The notes beneath the pieces are model-generated. The model ran no database searches and was not told the origin of the DNA. It saw only the letters and a list, made by a program, of their open reading frames with translations. DNA of 64,000 bases from a virus, in the IMG/VR virus record IMGVR_UViG_3300032307_000797; one strand, written 5' to 3'. Position 1 is the first letter of the stretch. Every line of letters begins with the position of its first letter. Of this stretch, positions 30,631 through 38,939 are shown one piece after another. A program made the translations under genes and the position numbers.

Positions 30631-31360
30631 GAAAAAACTCTACCCCGAATCCGATATCTACTAGTACGGACTCTCCTGACGGGGATTTTACTTCTTTTTT
30701 AAGGTCTAAACCTGGAGTGTTATCTTTAACATATTTTCTAAAATCTTGACTGTCTTTAATCGGAAGTTTTTGGATAAAATTGTGAATATTCATCATATCT
30801 TTATTTCCTGCAACCGATTTAATCATCATTTCAAGTTGTTTGGTAACAATAGGTGGTACACCTTGTCCTTTCCAACTCTTTTCAATTTCATCAATATCGT
30901 TTTGTTGTTTCTTGTTTAAAAATTTAAAAGTGATGTCGACATTACTTTTTTCCATATGATAATGAAATTCACCATTCCCATCCGACTCTAATGTGAAATC
31001 TTTAAATTTCATTTCACTAATATCAATTGAGGCAGAAAAATCTTCATTAGTTTTTGGGTCCTTTAGATGAACTTTATATTCAGGACCAAATGCAGTATTT
31101 CTTAAAAATAATAATATTGCCTGTTTATCTTCATCAACCAAATCATCGATATTGAAATCTCTTTCTAAAACTTTTCTTTTTAAAAGTTCTTCAACGACAG
31201 TATTTGATGCAATCAAGTTCTGTGCGGAAAGAATGTTTTCATCCGCAGCAGTTAAATAAGCAACTCGTAATGATTTCTTTTTTGTTGGATAATGTATACC
31301 TCTTGAAGGTAATTCCACCACATCATACGCAATGGTGGGGTCGACTTTAAATTCTTCCAT
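30611..31360 (-). CDS. Tail assembly chaperone / T4 gp26-like baseplate hub assembly protein
   Basis: VELPSRGIHY, LTAADENIL, DKQAILLFLRNTAFGPEY, C-terminal FFRP; lies between tube and tape measure. Confidence 0.75.
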   Translation of the reverse strand: MEEFKVDPTIAYDVVELPSRGIHYPTKKKSLRVAYLTAADENILSAQNLIASNTVVEELLKRKVLERDFNIDDLVDEDKQAILLFLRNTAFGPEYKVHLKDPKTNEDFSASIDISEMKFKDFTLESDGNGEFHYHMEKSNVDITFKFLNKKQQNDIDEIEKSWKGQGVPPIVTKQLEMMIKSVAGNKDMMNIHNFIQKLPIKDSQDFRKYVKDNTPGLDLKKEVKSPSGESVLVDIGFGVEFFRPFYGL

Positions 31361-31384
31361 AAATGTTTTTGTTATAACTATATA

Positions 31385-31413
31385 AGTTTACGTAATTTAT
31401 ATAAAAAAGTAAA
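31385..31413 (-). promoter_or_regulatory. Host-type promoter TTTACT-N17-TAAACT upstream of the chaperone gene
   Basis: 17-nt spacer, same architecture as the promoters of polB, the SNF2 helicase and the 61147 gene. Confidence 0.45.
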
Positions 31414-31434
31414 GGTCTCCTTTTGAGAGACCTT
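31404..31434 (-). terminator. Terminator after tail tube gene
   Basis: AAGGTCTC-N7-GAGACCTT hairpin followed by TACTTTTTT on the minus strand. Confidence 0.65.
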
Positions 31435-31458
31435 CGCTTTGACAGATTTTGTTTTATT

Positions 31459-31947
31459 TTAGTATACTTGAATACATCTATCCATTCTCAATGAACAAGT
31501 GATAGTTGCGATATCATCTCTTGAATAATCAAGTTCATTGAAGTTTAAGTCGGTGATGAAAGTACCTTGAAGAATCCATTTTTCAACCACAACACCTGTT
31601 GGGTCTAACATTTCTAATTCAATGTCTTTCTTATAACCTGCAGCATAACCCATACGACCTGTTACCGATTCAGCGTGTAAACGGAACCACTCCATCAATG
31701 CTTGTGATGCCGAAGGACCAATTGGGTCTTTAAAGGTTACTCTTAATTCATTCCATTCAAATCTACCAGCAACGTAAGTTGAAGTATTGATAAATGGAAT
31801 CGCTACTGAGTTGATTTTAGCACTCGGTCTAGCCGCTGACGAAACGTACCATTCGTTGATTCCCAATGAAGAAGGGAAACGAAGGATAAATCTGTTTACT
31901 CTTTTCGGTTCGTAAGGAACCGGCATTTTCATTAATAAATCTGCCAT
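31459..31947 (-). CDS. Tail tube protein (T4 gp19-like)
   Basis: EPKRVNRF, YVAGRFEWNELRVTFKD, LEMLDPTGVVVEKWILQGTF...LDYS; immediately downstream of the sheath. Confidence 0.92.
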   Translation of the reverse strand: MADLLMKMPVPYEPKRVNRFILRFPSSLGINEWYVSSAARPSAKINSVAIPFINTSTYVAGRFEWNELRVTFKDPIGPSASQALMEWFRLHAESVTGRMGYAAGYKKDIELEMLDPTGVVVEKWILQGTFITDLNFNELDYSRDDIATITCSLRMDRCIQVY

Positions 31948-31987
31948 GTCTATGTTTTTTTAATTTTTTAAGTTTATCTTACTTTCT

Positions 31988-31995
31988 TATAAATA
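31988..31995 (-). promoter_or_regulatory. Putative late promoter motif TATTTATA for tail tube
   Basis: 40 nt upstream of ATG 31947. Confidence 0.6.
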
Positions 31996-32070
31996 TGTTA
32001 TTATCTAAAAAATATAATTTGTTTATCTGCACCTCTTGTTAATGTCATTTTTTTTTCGTATTTTTTCCAT

Positions 32071-32155
32071 ACTAGTATAATACTAGAACTAGAAATAAAA
32101 CTAGAAAATAATAATACTAGAACTAGATACTAGAATATTCTGGTATAATACTGGG
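32071..32155. repeat. Cluster of short direct ACTAG(A) repeats, origin-like / iteron-like
   Basis: ACTAG at about 32071, 32082, 32088, 32100, 32116, 32122, 32129, then degenerate CTGG copies; ATAATACTAGAACTAGA occurs twice; ORF-free. Confidence 0.7.
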
Positions 32156-32187
32156 TGGTTTATCAAAGTATATTTTTTATAAATTTT

Positions 32188-32203
32188 GGTTCCATGTGAA
32201 ACA
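32188..32203. promoter_or_regulatory. parS-like palindrome GGTTCCATGTGAAACA
   Basis: 14/16 match to the bacterial parS consensus TGTTNCACGTGAAACA. Confidence 0.5.
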
Positions 32204-32206
32204 TAT

Positions 32207-32238
32207 AAAAGGGGAAGCGGTTAAACTTCCCCTTTTTT
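32207..32238. terminator. Bidirectional rho-independent terminator after the sheath gene
   Basis: AAAAGGGGAAG-N8-CTTCCCCTTTTTT. Confidence 0.85.
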
Positions 32239-32241
32239 CAT

Positions 32242-35088
32242 TTAGATATTATCAAATGATGCTCCTGTTGGTGTGATTATGAACTCAACATCAATGAATT
32301 CAAGTGAACGAGTTGGTTTGATATAAATCTTACCTCTAAGAGTGTTTGCATCAATGTCCTCTGGGTCATTTGATACAGTTACACGGAATTCGTATAAACC
32401 TCTTTCTCTCTTAATTGCTTCAAGAATTGGGTTAACCAATCTCAAGAACTCATTTCTTACTTGCTCATCGTTTTGTTCAAATAGTAATCTAATCGCAACT
32501 GCCGAAATTAACTTTCTTGCTCTTAACAATAATCTTCTTACGTTAATTCTATCCAACGCAGATTCTCTAACTTGAAGGGTTTTGTTACCCCAAATGATAG
32601 TACCAGTATCTGAGAAGGTTGCGATTGGGTTAATTCTATTTTTGTATAACTCATCTCTTTCGTCAAGTGTCAATTTCTTAGTTGCTTTGATAGCTTTTAC
32701 TAAACCTCTTGAGTAACCTGCTACCGCGAACCATGGGAATGATACGTTGTCGGTAAGAGCGATGTTTCTAACAACCTCACCTGTTGGTGGGATGTATAGT
32801 TGTGTTGCATTATCTTGGTCTCTAACCTGAATCCAAGGCCAGTAGGTTGCTGAATAGTTAGTATCAAGTGCAACTCCATCTAATGCATCTACTACTTCCT
32901 CAACTGTTGAGAAATTAGGTGGTGCGATGATGTAAAGTGAATCCGCTCTATCATTTTCCATAATGTCAATTGCTTGTGAAGTCAATGAACTATGGTCGTA
33001 GAAGTTAATACCCGGAGTTGCGAAGATGTTAATGTCAACTGCTTCAGGGTTTGCGAATGTATTGATACCTTGTAGGTAAGCGTAGTAGTCAGAGTTTCCG
33101 ACAGTTGTACTGAAAACACCACCATTTGAAGTGTTACCACTTACATAAGTTGGTTTTCCAAAGATGTACGGGTCTCCGAATGTTTTAACTTCTCTGTAGA
33201 TATCCCAACCGTCAAAACCACCACATACTGCGAATGTGAATTTACGGTAGTTAATACTTGTCATTACGTTATCAACACCCGTTTGACCTTCTAAGTCATA
33301 AGGAGTGGTTGTAAACGTTGTACCTGTGATTGTAGATGCATTAGTTGATAAGTGGAAACCGCTAGTTGAACCCGCTGCCGCCGAACCTTTGTATTTGAAA
33401 AGGTCCTTATCATAACCAACTTGTGAAGAAAGACCAAAACTGATTTTTCTTACTTTATCACCTGATGATAATTTTTGAGTACCATCACTTTCATATCCAA
33501 TTACATCACCAGCTTCGAAGAATTGAGTTTTGTACATAACAGAACCCAAAGTTGTACCTGAGAATGATGTGTTAGCCGTGAATCCTTTGAAACCCGCAGG
33601 GAACGCATCCACCGGATGGTTACTTGCCATATTCAACATGATGTATTTTGAACGTAATTCATATTCACCGTCAGATGTACCAACTTTTCTTGCCACATAA
33701 CCCGGTAGGTCAGGGTTCATAGAACATCTTGTGAATTTTTCAAGAACCACCATATTATCGTCAGAATCGTTAAAGTCACGAACAATCATATCAAATTCAC
33801 CTGTTTCCAAGTTGATGTTGATGATTGAAACTTTAACTTGTTCGTTTGCTGCGTTACCATCAGAGATGGTGATAACATCAAACAAGTCAGATACTTCACC
33901 ACCACGAACTTCAGAAACAACTGTTGGTGACATTGGGGTATCCCATTGTCCTACGAAATTATTTCCTTCTGATACGAATACCTCTGTTAAACTCAAACCT
34001 CTTACGAAACCTTGTTCGAAAGCTGATTTTAAATAGTTAGGGTATGATTCGTAAACATAAACCGGAACTTCTGATTTTGGTTTATCAAATACATCCGTAC
34101 CTAAAACTTTAGTTACATATTTTGATGAAGTTGTGTCCATTGAACAAGTGAAAGTTTTTACTCCACTTGTTGCCCCTGTTACTGTGATAGTAAATTCAGA
34201 GAATGGATTAAACGGTAAATCGTCACCTGTAACATTGAAATGGTTGTTTGTTGTAACTTCTAAATTCAATGTTTGACCTGAGTAAGAACCTCTCGGACGG
34301 AAAGCGACTACTACTTGTTCGTCATAATCACTCATTAATGTTGAATCATAAACGAACTGTGTAACGTTGAATGTACCTGTACTTCCTGATGTGTATTCAA
34401 ATAGGTATGAGTAAACTTCAGTACCTGCCGCGTTACAGAATTGGTTGTACCATTCCTTACCATTTGGGTTATCTGCGTCATTTAAACCGGTCAAAGGAGA
34501 AATTTCCTCCAAACTTGAGTTTAAACCTGAAGTTGCCGATGATGGTACCTCACCAATAACGAACCATTGTCCGTCATTAGATGCGGTGTTACCACTAAAT
34601 GTTGAGAATAAGTAATCTGCCATTGATTGACCATCGTATGCGGTTACTCCTGACATGTTTGAGTAGAACGTACTACCCGTAATACCGTTAAATGTTGATG
34701 GGTCACAAGTTCCTGAAGTGTCTCCACTCAATGAACCCAAAGTAACTCCACCAAGGGTTTTTATTGCGAATGTTCTCACGGGTTTGTAACCTGTAAGACC
34801 AAGGATTCTTGTTACGAAAAGTTGATTTGATTCCTCAAGGTATGCTTTAGCAACATAAGGTAACTCGAATTTTGGGTTACCGTTTCCATCTTTTACTGGT
34901 GATGAACCTCCGAAGTAAAGTTTGAATTCATCGTAATCGGTTACAAGGATGGGTTCGAATGCCGGACCTTTAAGGGTCTCTCCAACCAATCCAAGAGTTG
35001 TAACACCAACACTCTGTGCTACGAATGTTAAATCTTTTTCTGACGTGTAAACACCCGGAGATACAAATACTCTATTTGAATTTGCCAT
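32242..35088 (-). CDS. Contractile tail sheath protein (T4 gp18-like)
   Basis: N-terminal FVSPGVYTSEKD; C-terminal YWPW, PWFAVAGYSRG, RINPI, WGNKTL, DRINVRRL, FEQND, PTRSLEFI. Confidence 0.96.
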   Translation of the reverse strand: MANSNRVFVSPGVYTSEKDLTFVAQSVGVTTLGLVGETLKGPAFEPILVTDYDEFKLYFGGSSPVKDGNGNPKFELPYVAKAYLEESNQLFVTRILGLTGYKPVRTFAIKTLGGVTLGSLSGDTSGTCDPSTFNGITGSTFYSNMSGVTAYDGQSMADYLFSTFSGNTASNDGQWFVIGEVPSSATSGLNSSLEEISPLTGLNDADNPNGKEWYNQFCNAAGTEVYSYLFEYTSGSTGTFNVTQFVYDSTLMSDYDEQVVVAFRPRGSYSGQTLNLEVTTNNHFNVTGDDLPFNPFSEFTITVTGATSGVKTFTCSMDTTSSKYVTKVLGTDVFDKPKSEVPVYVYESYPNYLKSAFEQGFVRGLSLTEVFVSEGNNFVGQWDTPMSPTVVSEVRGGEVSDLFDVITISDGNAANEQVKVSIININLETGEFDMIVRDFNDSDDNMVVLEKFTRCSMNPDLPGYVARKVGTSDGEYELRSKYIMLNMASNHPVDAFPAGFKGFTANTSFSGTTLGSVMYKTQFFEAGDVIGYESDGTQKLSSGDKVRKISFGLSSQVGYDKDLFKYKGSAAAGSTSGFHLSTNASTITGTTFTTTPYDLEGQTGVDNVMTSINYRKFTFAVCGGFDGWDIYREVKTFGDPYIFGKPTYVSGNTSNGGVFSTTVGNSDYYAYLQGINTFANPEAVDINIFATPGINFYDHSSLTSQAIDIMENDRADSLYIIAPPNFSTVEEVVDALDGVALDTNYSATYWPWIQVRDQDNATQLYIPPTGEVVRNIALTDNVSFPWFAVAGYSRGLVKAIKATKKLTLDERDELYKNRINPIATFSDTGTIIWGNKTLQVRESALDRINVRRLLLRARKLISAVAIRLLFEQNDEQVRNEFLRLVNPILEAIKRERGLYEFRVTVSNDPEDIDANTLRGKIYIKPTRSLEFIDVEFIITPTGASFDNI

Positions 35089-35124
35089 TTTTAATAGTTT
35101 GGTTAATTTATTTTATTTGTTTTC

Positions 35125-35132
35125 TATAAATA
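35125..35132 (-). promoter_or_regulatory. Putative late promoter motif (GA)TATTTATA for sheath
   Basis: 36 nt upstream of ATG 35088. Confidence 0.6.
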
Positions 35133-35166
35133 TCTTTGTTTTTAGCAAAGATTTCGTGACTTTTTT

Positions 35167-35194
35167 AAAAAAGGATAATAAAAAATCCTTTTTT
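35167..35194. promoter_or_regulatory. Inverted repeat AAAAAAGGAT-N8-ATCCTTTTTT (terminator or operator)
   Basis: 10-bp perfect stem between the divergent sheath and RHH genes. Confidence 0.45.
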
Positions 35195-35210
35195 ATCTTT
35201 ATTTATCTTT

Positions 35211-35372
35211 ATGGAAAAAGAGAACTCAAAAAACATCAAAGTCAGTGAAAAACATCATCAGATGTTGAAAGAATATTGCGATAAAAATGGCATGAAAATT
35301 TACAAGGTTGTTCAGAAGTGGATTGAGGAGACCTGTAAACCTAAAAAAAAGGATATATATGGTGAGAATTAA
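35211..35372 (+). CDS. Small ribbon-helix-helix DNA-binding protein (53 aa); below ORF-track cutoff
   Basis: MEKENSKNIKVSEKHHQMLKEYCDKNGMKIYKVVQKWIEETCKPKKKDIYGEN*: strand-helix-G-helix RHH pattern. Confidence 0.7.
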   Translation: MEKENSKNIKVSEKHHQMLKEYCDKNGMKIYKVVQKWIEETCKPKKKDIYGEN

Positions 35373-36622
35373 CTCAAGTATACCACACTAACTTTAGAAC
35401 CAACAACAGGTGCACCAAGTAGTTTTACGGTGTAGTTACCAGAAACTTCAAATCCCGCACCTTCGTCTTCCACAAGACCGTTAATATCCAAACTTATAAC
35501 GCTATCAATCGCGCTTGATGTTGTGAATTCTAAACCACTACCGTCATATGTAAAAGTATCATAAACGACATTTAGTGGTCGTCCAAAAGTATCCACAAAA
35601 GTGTCATTTCTTCCCTTATAGTATGTGATGGTCACAACCGAACCCTCTGGTGGTGGTTCAGAGAAAGTTATTTTTGATGTTTGAGCAATATGGAAATAAT
35701 CCTCATCCCTAACTTGAATAAGACCGTTAATTGCTACTGTGAATAATACATTTATTGTTTCACCAACACTGAATTGTGTTTGTAATCCGTCGGCAGGAAA
35801 CGAAGCAATGGTAACCTCGATGGTTTTAACCACATATTTCTTTGCGAAGTTGTTACTTTTGATGAATTCATTTAAAAGAAACATTCTACTAACTGCGGGT
35901 TTTACTTCGAACTCCTCGTCATCAATTAGGAAACCTAACATTGTGAAGGTATAGTTCTGAATATAGAATCTACGACCCTCTAATGTATCCATTGGGGTGT
36001 TATCTTCAATTCTATCTAATACAATTGGAATATAATGTCCTTTAACACTCGTATATGATTGACGAGATGAGAACTTCTGAAGTACAATTCTATTGAAACG
36101 GTTTACATCCCTAAGTTTTGTACAAACAACAGTAACATCGTATGTTAAATCAATTGCCACGGGTTGTGGTATTTTATAAATGTCTGCACCCATCTGAGTT
36201 CCGTTCCATGTTGGAACCGAAGCGTAAAAGAAATCTCTTCTATCGGGTATAGTTCTTTGTATTGACGGATTTGTACCGGGTTGAACGTCGGGTTTTCTAA
36301 TAACCGCAATGAATGGTAGTTTCATATTACCATCTTCATCTGCAAATGTCCAATTGTTCGACATCTCACCCCATCTTTGGATGGTTAAGATTCTTGGTAT
36401 GATTGGAATTTGGTCTCCATCCGATACGATTTTGAAGTTTTCTTTTACATAATCAAGCATACCTAAATCAAGGTCCTCGTGTAATATTGAATCAGGTAGA
36501 AAAGTGTCTGATTTTGTTATTCTTTCTAATAATTCTTTCCTTCTACCCACAATATCGGGTCCGTTCATATCGGATTTAACTCCGTAAACTTGAATATTAT
36601 TTTTTCTTTTAGGTATTCCCAT
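35369..36622 (-). CDS. Tail completion / sheath stabiliser (T4 gp15-like) with duplicated C-terminal beta domains
   Basis: LPFIAVIR, PQPVAIDLTYDV core; two C-terminal DG-x3-F...INGL...GS-V-x3-Y repeats; upstream of sheath. Confidence 0.6.
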   Translation of the reverse strand: MGIPKRKNNIQVYGVKSDMNGPDIVGRRKELLERITKSDTFLPDSILHEDLDLGMLDYVKENFKIVSDGDQIPIIPRILTIQRWGEMSNNWTFADEDGNMKLPFIAVIRKPDVQPGTNPSIQRTIPDRRDFFYASVPTWNGTQMGADIYKIPQPVAIDLTYDVTVVCTKLRDVNRFNRIVLQKFSSRQSYTSVKGHYIPIVLDRIEDNTPMDTLEGRRFYIQNYTFTMLGFLIDDEEFEVKPAVSRMFLLNEFIKSNNFAKKYVVKTIEVTIASFPADGLQTQFSVGETINVLFTVAINGLIQVRDEDYFHIAQTSKITFSEPPPEGSVVTITYYKGRNDTFVDTFGRPLNVVYDTFTYDGSGLEFTTSSAIDSVISLDINGLVEDEGAGFEVSGNYTVKLLGAPVVGSKVSVVYLS

Positions 36623-36624
36623 GA

Positions 36625-37137
36625 TTATATTCCTCTAAATTCAGATTCCTGAGCAGGTGTACAAAGTATTGTTCGGTAATATGGTTTAAAACCGAACATG
36701 TTATGTTTATTATCCGATGTTACTTTACCATCGTTTGTTACAGTATAATATCGTATTCTATCCTCGGATTCCGCATAACCGATATAATCACCATATCTAA
36801 TATCTACCTTTAACTCCTCCAAATGTCTTATGTATACCGATATTGACATATTCCCCGGCTCCAAGTACCTACCCAAACCACCCTTATATGTTGAGTTTTT
36901 TGGTTCCTCGATTTTTACCAATCCATTGAATTCAACAGGGGGTAAAAATTTGATTTGGTCCTTACCAACTTCGGCATAAACTTCATCGGTATCTGTTTTC
37001 TGTCTGTCAACTCTAAACAACACTAATTTCATGTTTAAATCCCCATGCAGATATTCCTGTCCGATTTGTTGGTTTAAATCAAAATCGGTTTCAGAAAAGA
37101 ATTTACTAATTCTTGTTATGGGTAACTTATGCTTCAT
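36625..37137 (-). CDS. Neck / head-closure protein (T4 gp14-like); start revised to ATG 37137
   Basis: DEVYAE...PPVEF...GDYIGY; TATTTATT motif at 37142-37149. Confidence 0.6.
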   Translation of the reverse strand: MKHKLPITRISKFFSETDFDLNQQIGQEYLHGDLNMKLVLFRVDRQKTDTDEVYAEVGKDQIKFLPPVEFNGLVKIEEPKNSTYKGGLGRYLEPGNMSISVYIRHLEELKVDIRYGDYIGYAESEDRIRYYTVTNDGKVTSDNKHNMFGFKPYYRTILCTPAQESEFRGI

Positions 37138-37150
37138 ACTCAATAAATAG

Positions 37151-37181
37151 TTTAAATATTCATTCTATTTTATTATATTTA
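37151..37181 (+). promoter_or_regulatory. Host-type promoter TTTAAA-N17-TATATTTA for SNF2 helicase
   Basis: Ends 7 nt before ATG 37188; same spacing as the other host-type promoters. Confidence 0.45.
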
Positions 37182-37187
37182 GATTAT

Positions 37188-38939
37188 ATGCAGAATAAAA
37201 TACCCGAAATAGAGGCGAGGGATATACTGTTAAACTACGAAGGTTTCAATAATCAATTATTAGATTGGAAATTGAAATTCTCAACCGTTAAAAATTTCCA
37301 ACTTACTCGTCCTCAATCTGAATACGTCTTAAAATATCATGAGACGGTGCCAAGGGTTGCTCGAAAATATCTTACAATTGCCAAGAATTTCGGTGAAAAA
37401 ATGATGGATGAGAAAAAACTAACATCTATCCCCGAAAAGGTTTGGTGTGAAAAATTACTATGTGAAAGTGACAAAGCTTACCACATTTGGGGTAAAATAG
37501 TTGACACTGAAAAACTATATGCATTTTGGTTACCAAAATCATCAATCATCCAAGAAGAAAAGAAATTAAACAGAGAGGTTGATTATTCACCGTATTCACA
37601 TCGAGCACCGATGTCACATCAAAAAGAGGCAATTGAAAAATTACTAGCTAATGACCGATTCATTCTTGCGGATGATATGGGTCTTGGTAAAACAACTTCG
37701 GCAATCATTGCATCATTAGAAAGTGGTGCAAAAAAGGTTTTAATTATTTGTCCCGCTTCTTTGAAAATTAACTGGTCACGAGAAATTGAAAACTACTCTA
37801 AAAAGAAAACTTTAATTGTTGAAGGTAGGAAATGGGGTTCCACTTATGATTATTATATCATCAATTATGACATTATAAAGAATTACCACACAACCGATAA
37901 AACAGAAGATAGTGAAGCTTATAAATTAATCATGAATGAAGGATTTGATTTGGTGATTATTGATGAAGCTCATTACATTTCAAATCCAACGGCACAGAGA
38001 ACTAAATTGATAAATGATATTGTTAGACAAATCCCTAAGGTTTGGTTGTTAACAGGTACCCCAATGACATCAAGACCAATCAATTATTATAATTTATTAA
38101 AGATTGTGAACTCACCAATTGCATTAAATTGGCAAGGATTTGTTAGAAGATATTGTGCGGGATATCAGTTCACTGTTGGAGGTAAAAAAATATGGAATAC
38201 CGGCGGTGCGAGTAATCTCGATGAATTAAGAGACAGAACTAAGAACCTCGTATTAAGAAGGATGAAAACTGATATTCTTGATTTACCTGAGAAGATTATT
38301 ACACCTGTTTTCTTAGATATGAAGAGTACCTTCTATGATGAGGAGTTAGAGGATTTCATGAGGATTACTAAGGACAATAAAAAGAACGAATCAATTAGTG
38401 TAACTCTTAATCGTTTGATGAAGATAAGACAAGTTATTGCATATGAAAAAGTACCATATACTTGTGAATTAATTGATAAGTTCATCGAACAAGGTAAGAA
38501 AGTAATTGTCTTTACAAATTTCACTATGAGTTTGGATATGATACATGAGAAGTACAAGAAAAATTCAGTAACTCTCGATGGCAGAATGTCAAAAGAAAGA
38601 AGACAAGATAGTGTTGATAGATTTCAAAATGATGATAAGATAAAAGTGTTCATTTCAAACATTAAAGCCGGTGGTGTTGGTATTACTCTAACCGCAGCAG
38701 AAACTGTTATTATGAATGACCTTTCATTCGTTCCTTCTGACCATTCACAAGCAGAAGATAGGGCATATAGATATGGACAAAAAAATAGTGTCCTCGTTTA
38801 CTATCCTGTATTTGAGAACACTATTGAGATGATTGTTTATAATATCTTACAGAAGAAAAAGAATATTATTGACCAAGTAATGGGTGACGGAGAATACTCT
38901 GAGAGTTTTGCTCAATCACTTCTTAACGAATTGTTGTAA
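37188..38939 (+). CDS. SNF2-family (SMARCAL1/HARP-like) helicase; start revised to ATG 37188
   Basis: LADDMGLGKT, DEAH, LTGTP, LRRMK, GGVGITLT, QAEDRAYRYGQ motifs. Confidence 0.93.
   Translation: MQNKIPEIEARDILLNYEGFNNQLLDWKLKFSTVKNFQLTRPQSEYVLKYHETVPRVARKYLTIAKNFGEKMMDEKKLTSIPEKVWCEKLLCESDKAYHIWGKIVDTEKLYAFWLPKSSIIQEEKKLNREVDYSPYSHRAPMSHQKEAIEKLLANDRFILADDMGLGKTTSAIIASLESGAKKVLIICPASLKINWSREIENYSKKKTLIVEGRKWGSTYDYYIINYDIIKNYHTTDKTEDSEAYKLIMNEGFDLVIIDEAHYISNPTAQRTKLINDIVRQIPKVWLLTGTPMTSRPINYYNLLKIVNSPIALNWQGFVRRYCAGYQFTVGGKKIWNTGGASNLDELRDRTKNLVLRRMKTDILDLPEKIITPVFLDMKSTFYDEELEDFMRITKDNKKNESISVTLNRLMKIRQVIAYEKVPYTCELIDKFIEQGKKVIVFTNFTMSLDMIHEKYKKNSVTLDGRMSKERRQDSVDRFQNDDKIKVFISNIKAGGVGITLTAAETVIMNDLSFVPSDHSQAEDRAYRYGQKNSVLVYYPVFENTIEMIVYNILQKKKNIIDQVMGDGEYSESFAQSLLNELL

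Noticed and set aside
32071-32155. ACTAG array as a mini-CRISPR or tRNA
   Set aside because: Units are 5-17 bp with irregular short spacing; no cloverleaf.
37113-37187. ORF-track TTG/upstream starts (37113, 37143, 17537, 58066)
   Set aside because: They overlap divergent genes or promoter motifs; downstream ATGs at 37188, 37137, 17495 and 58069 fit better.
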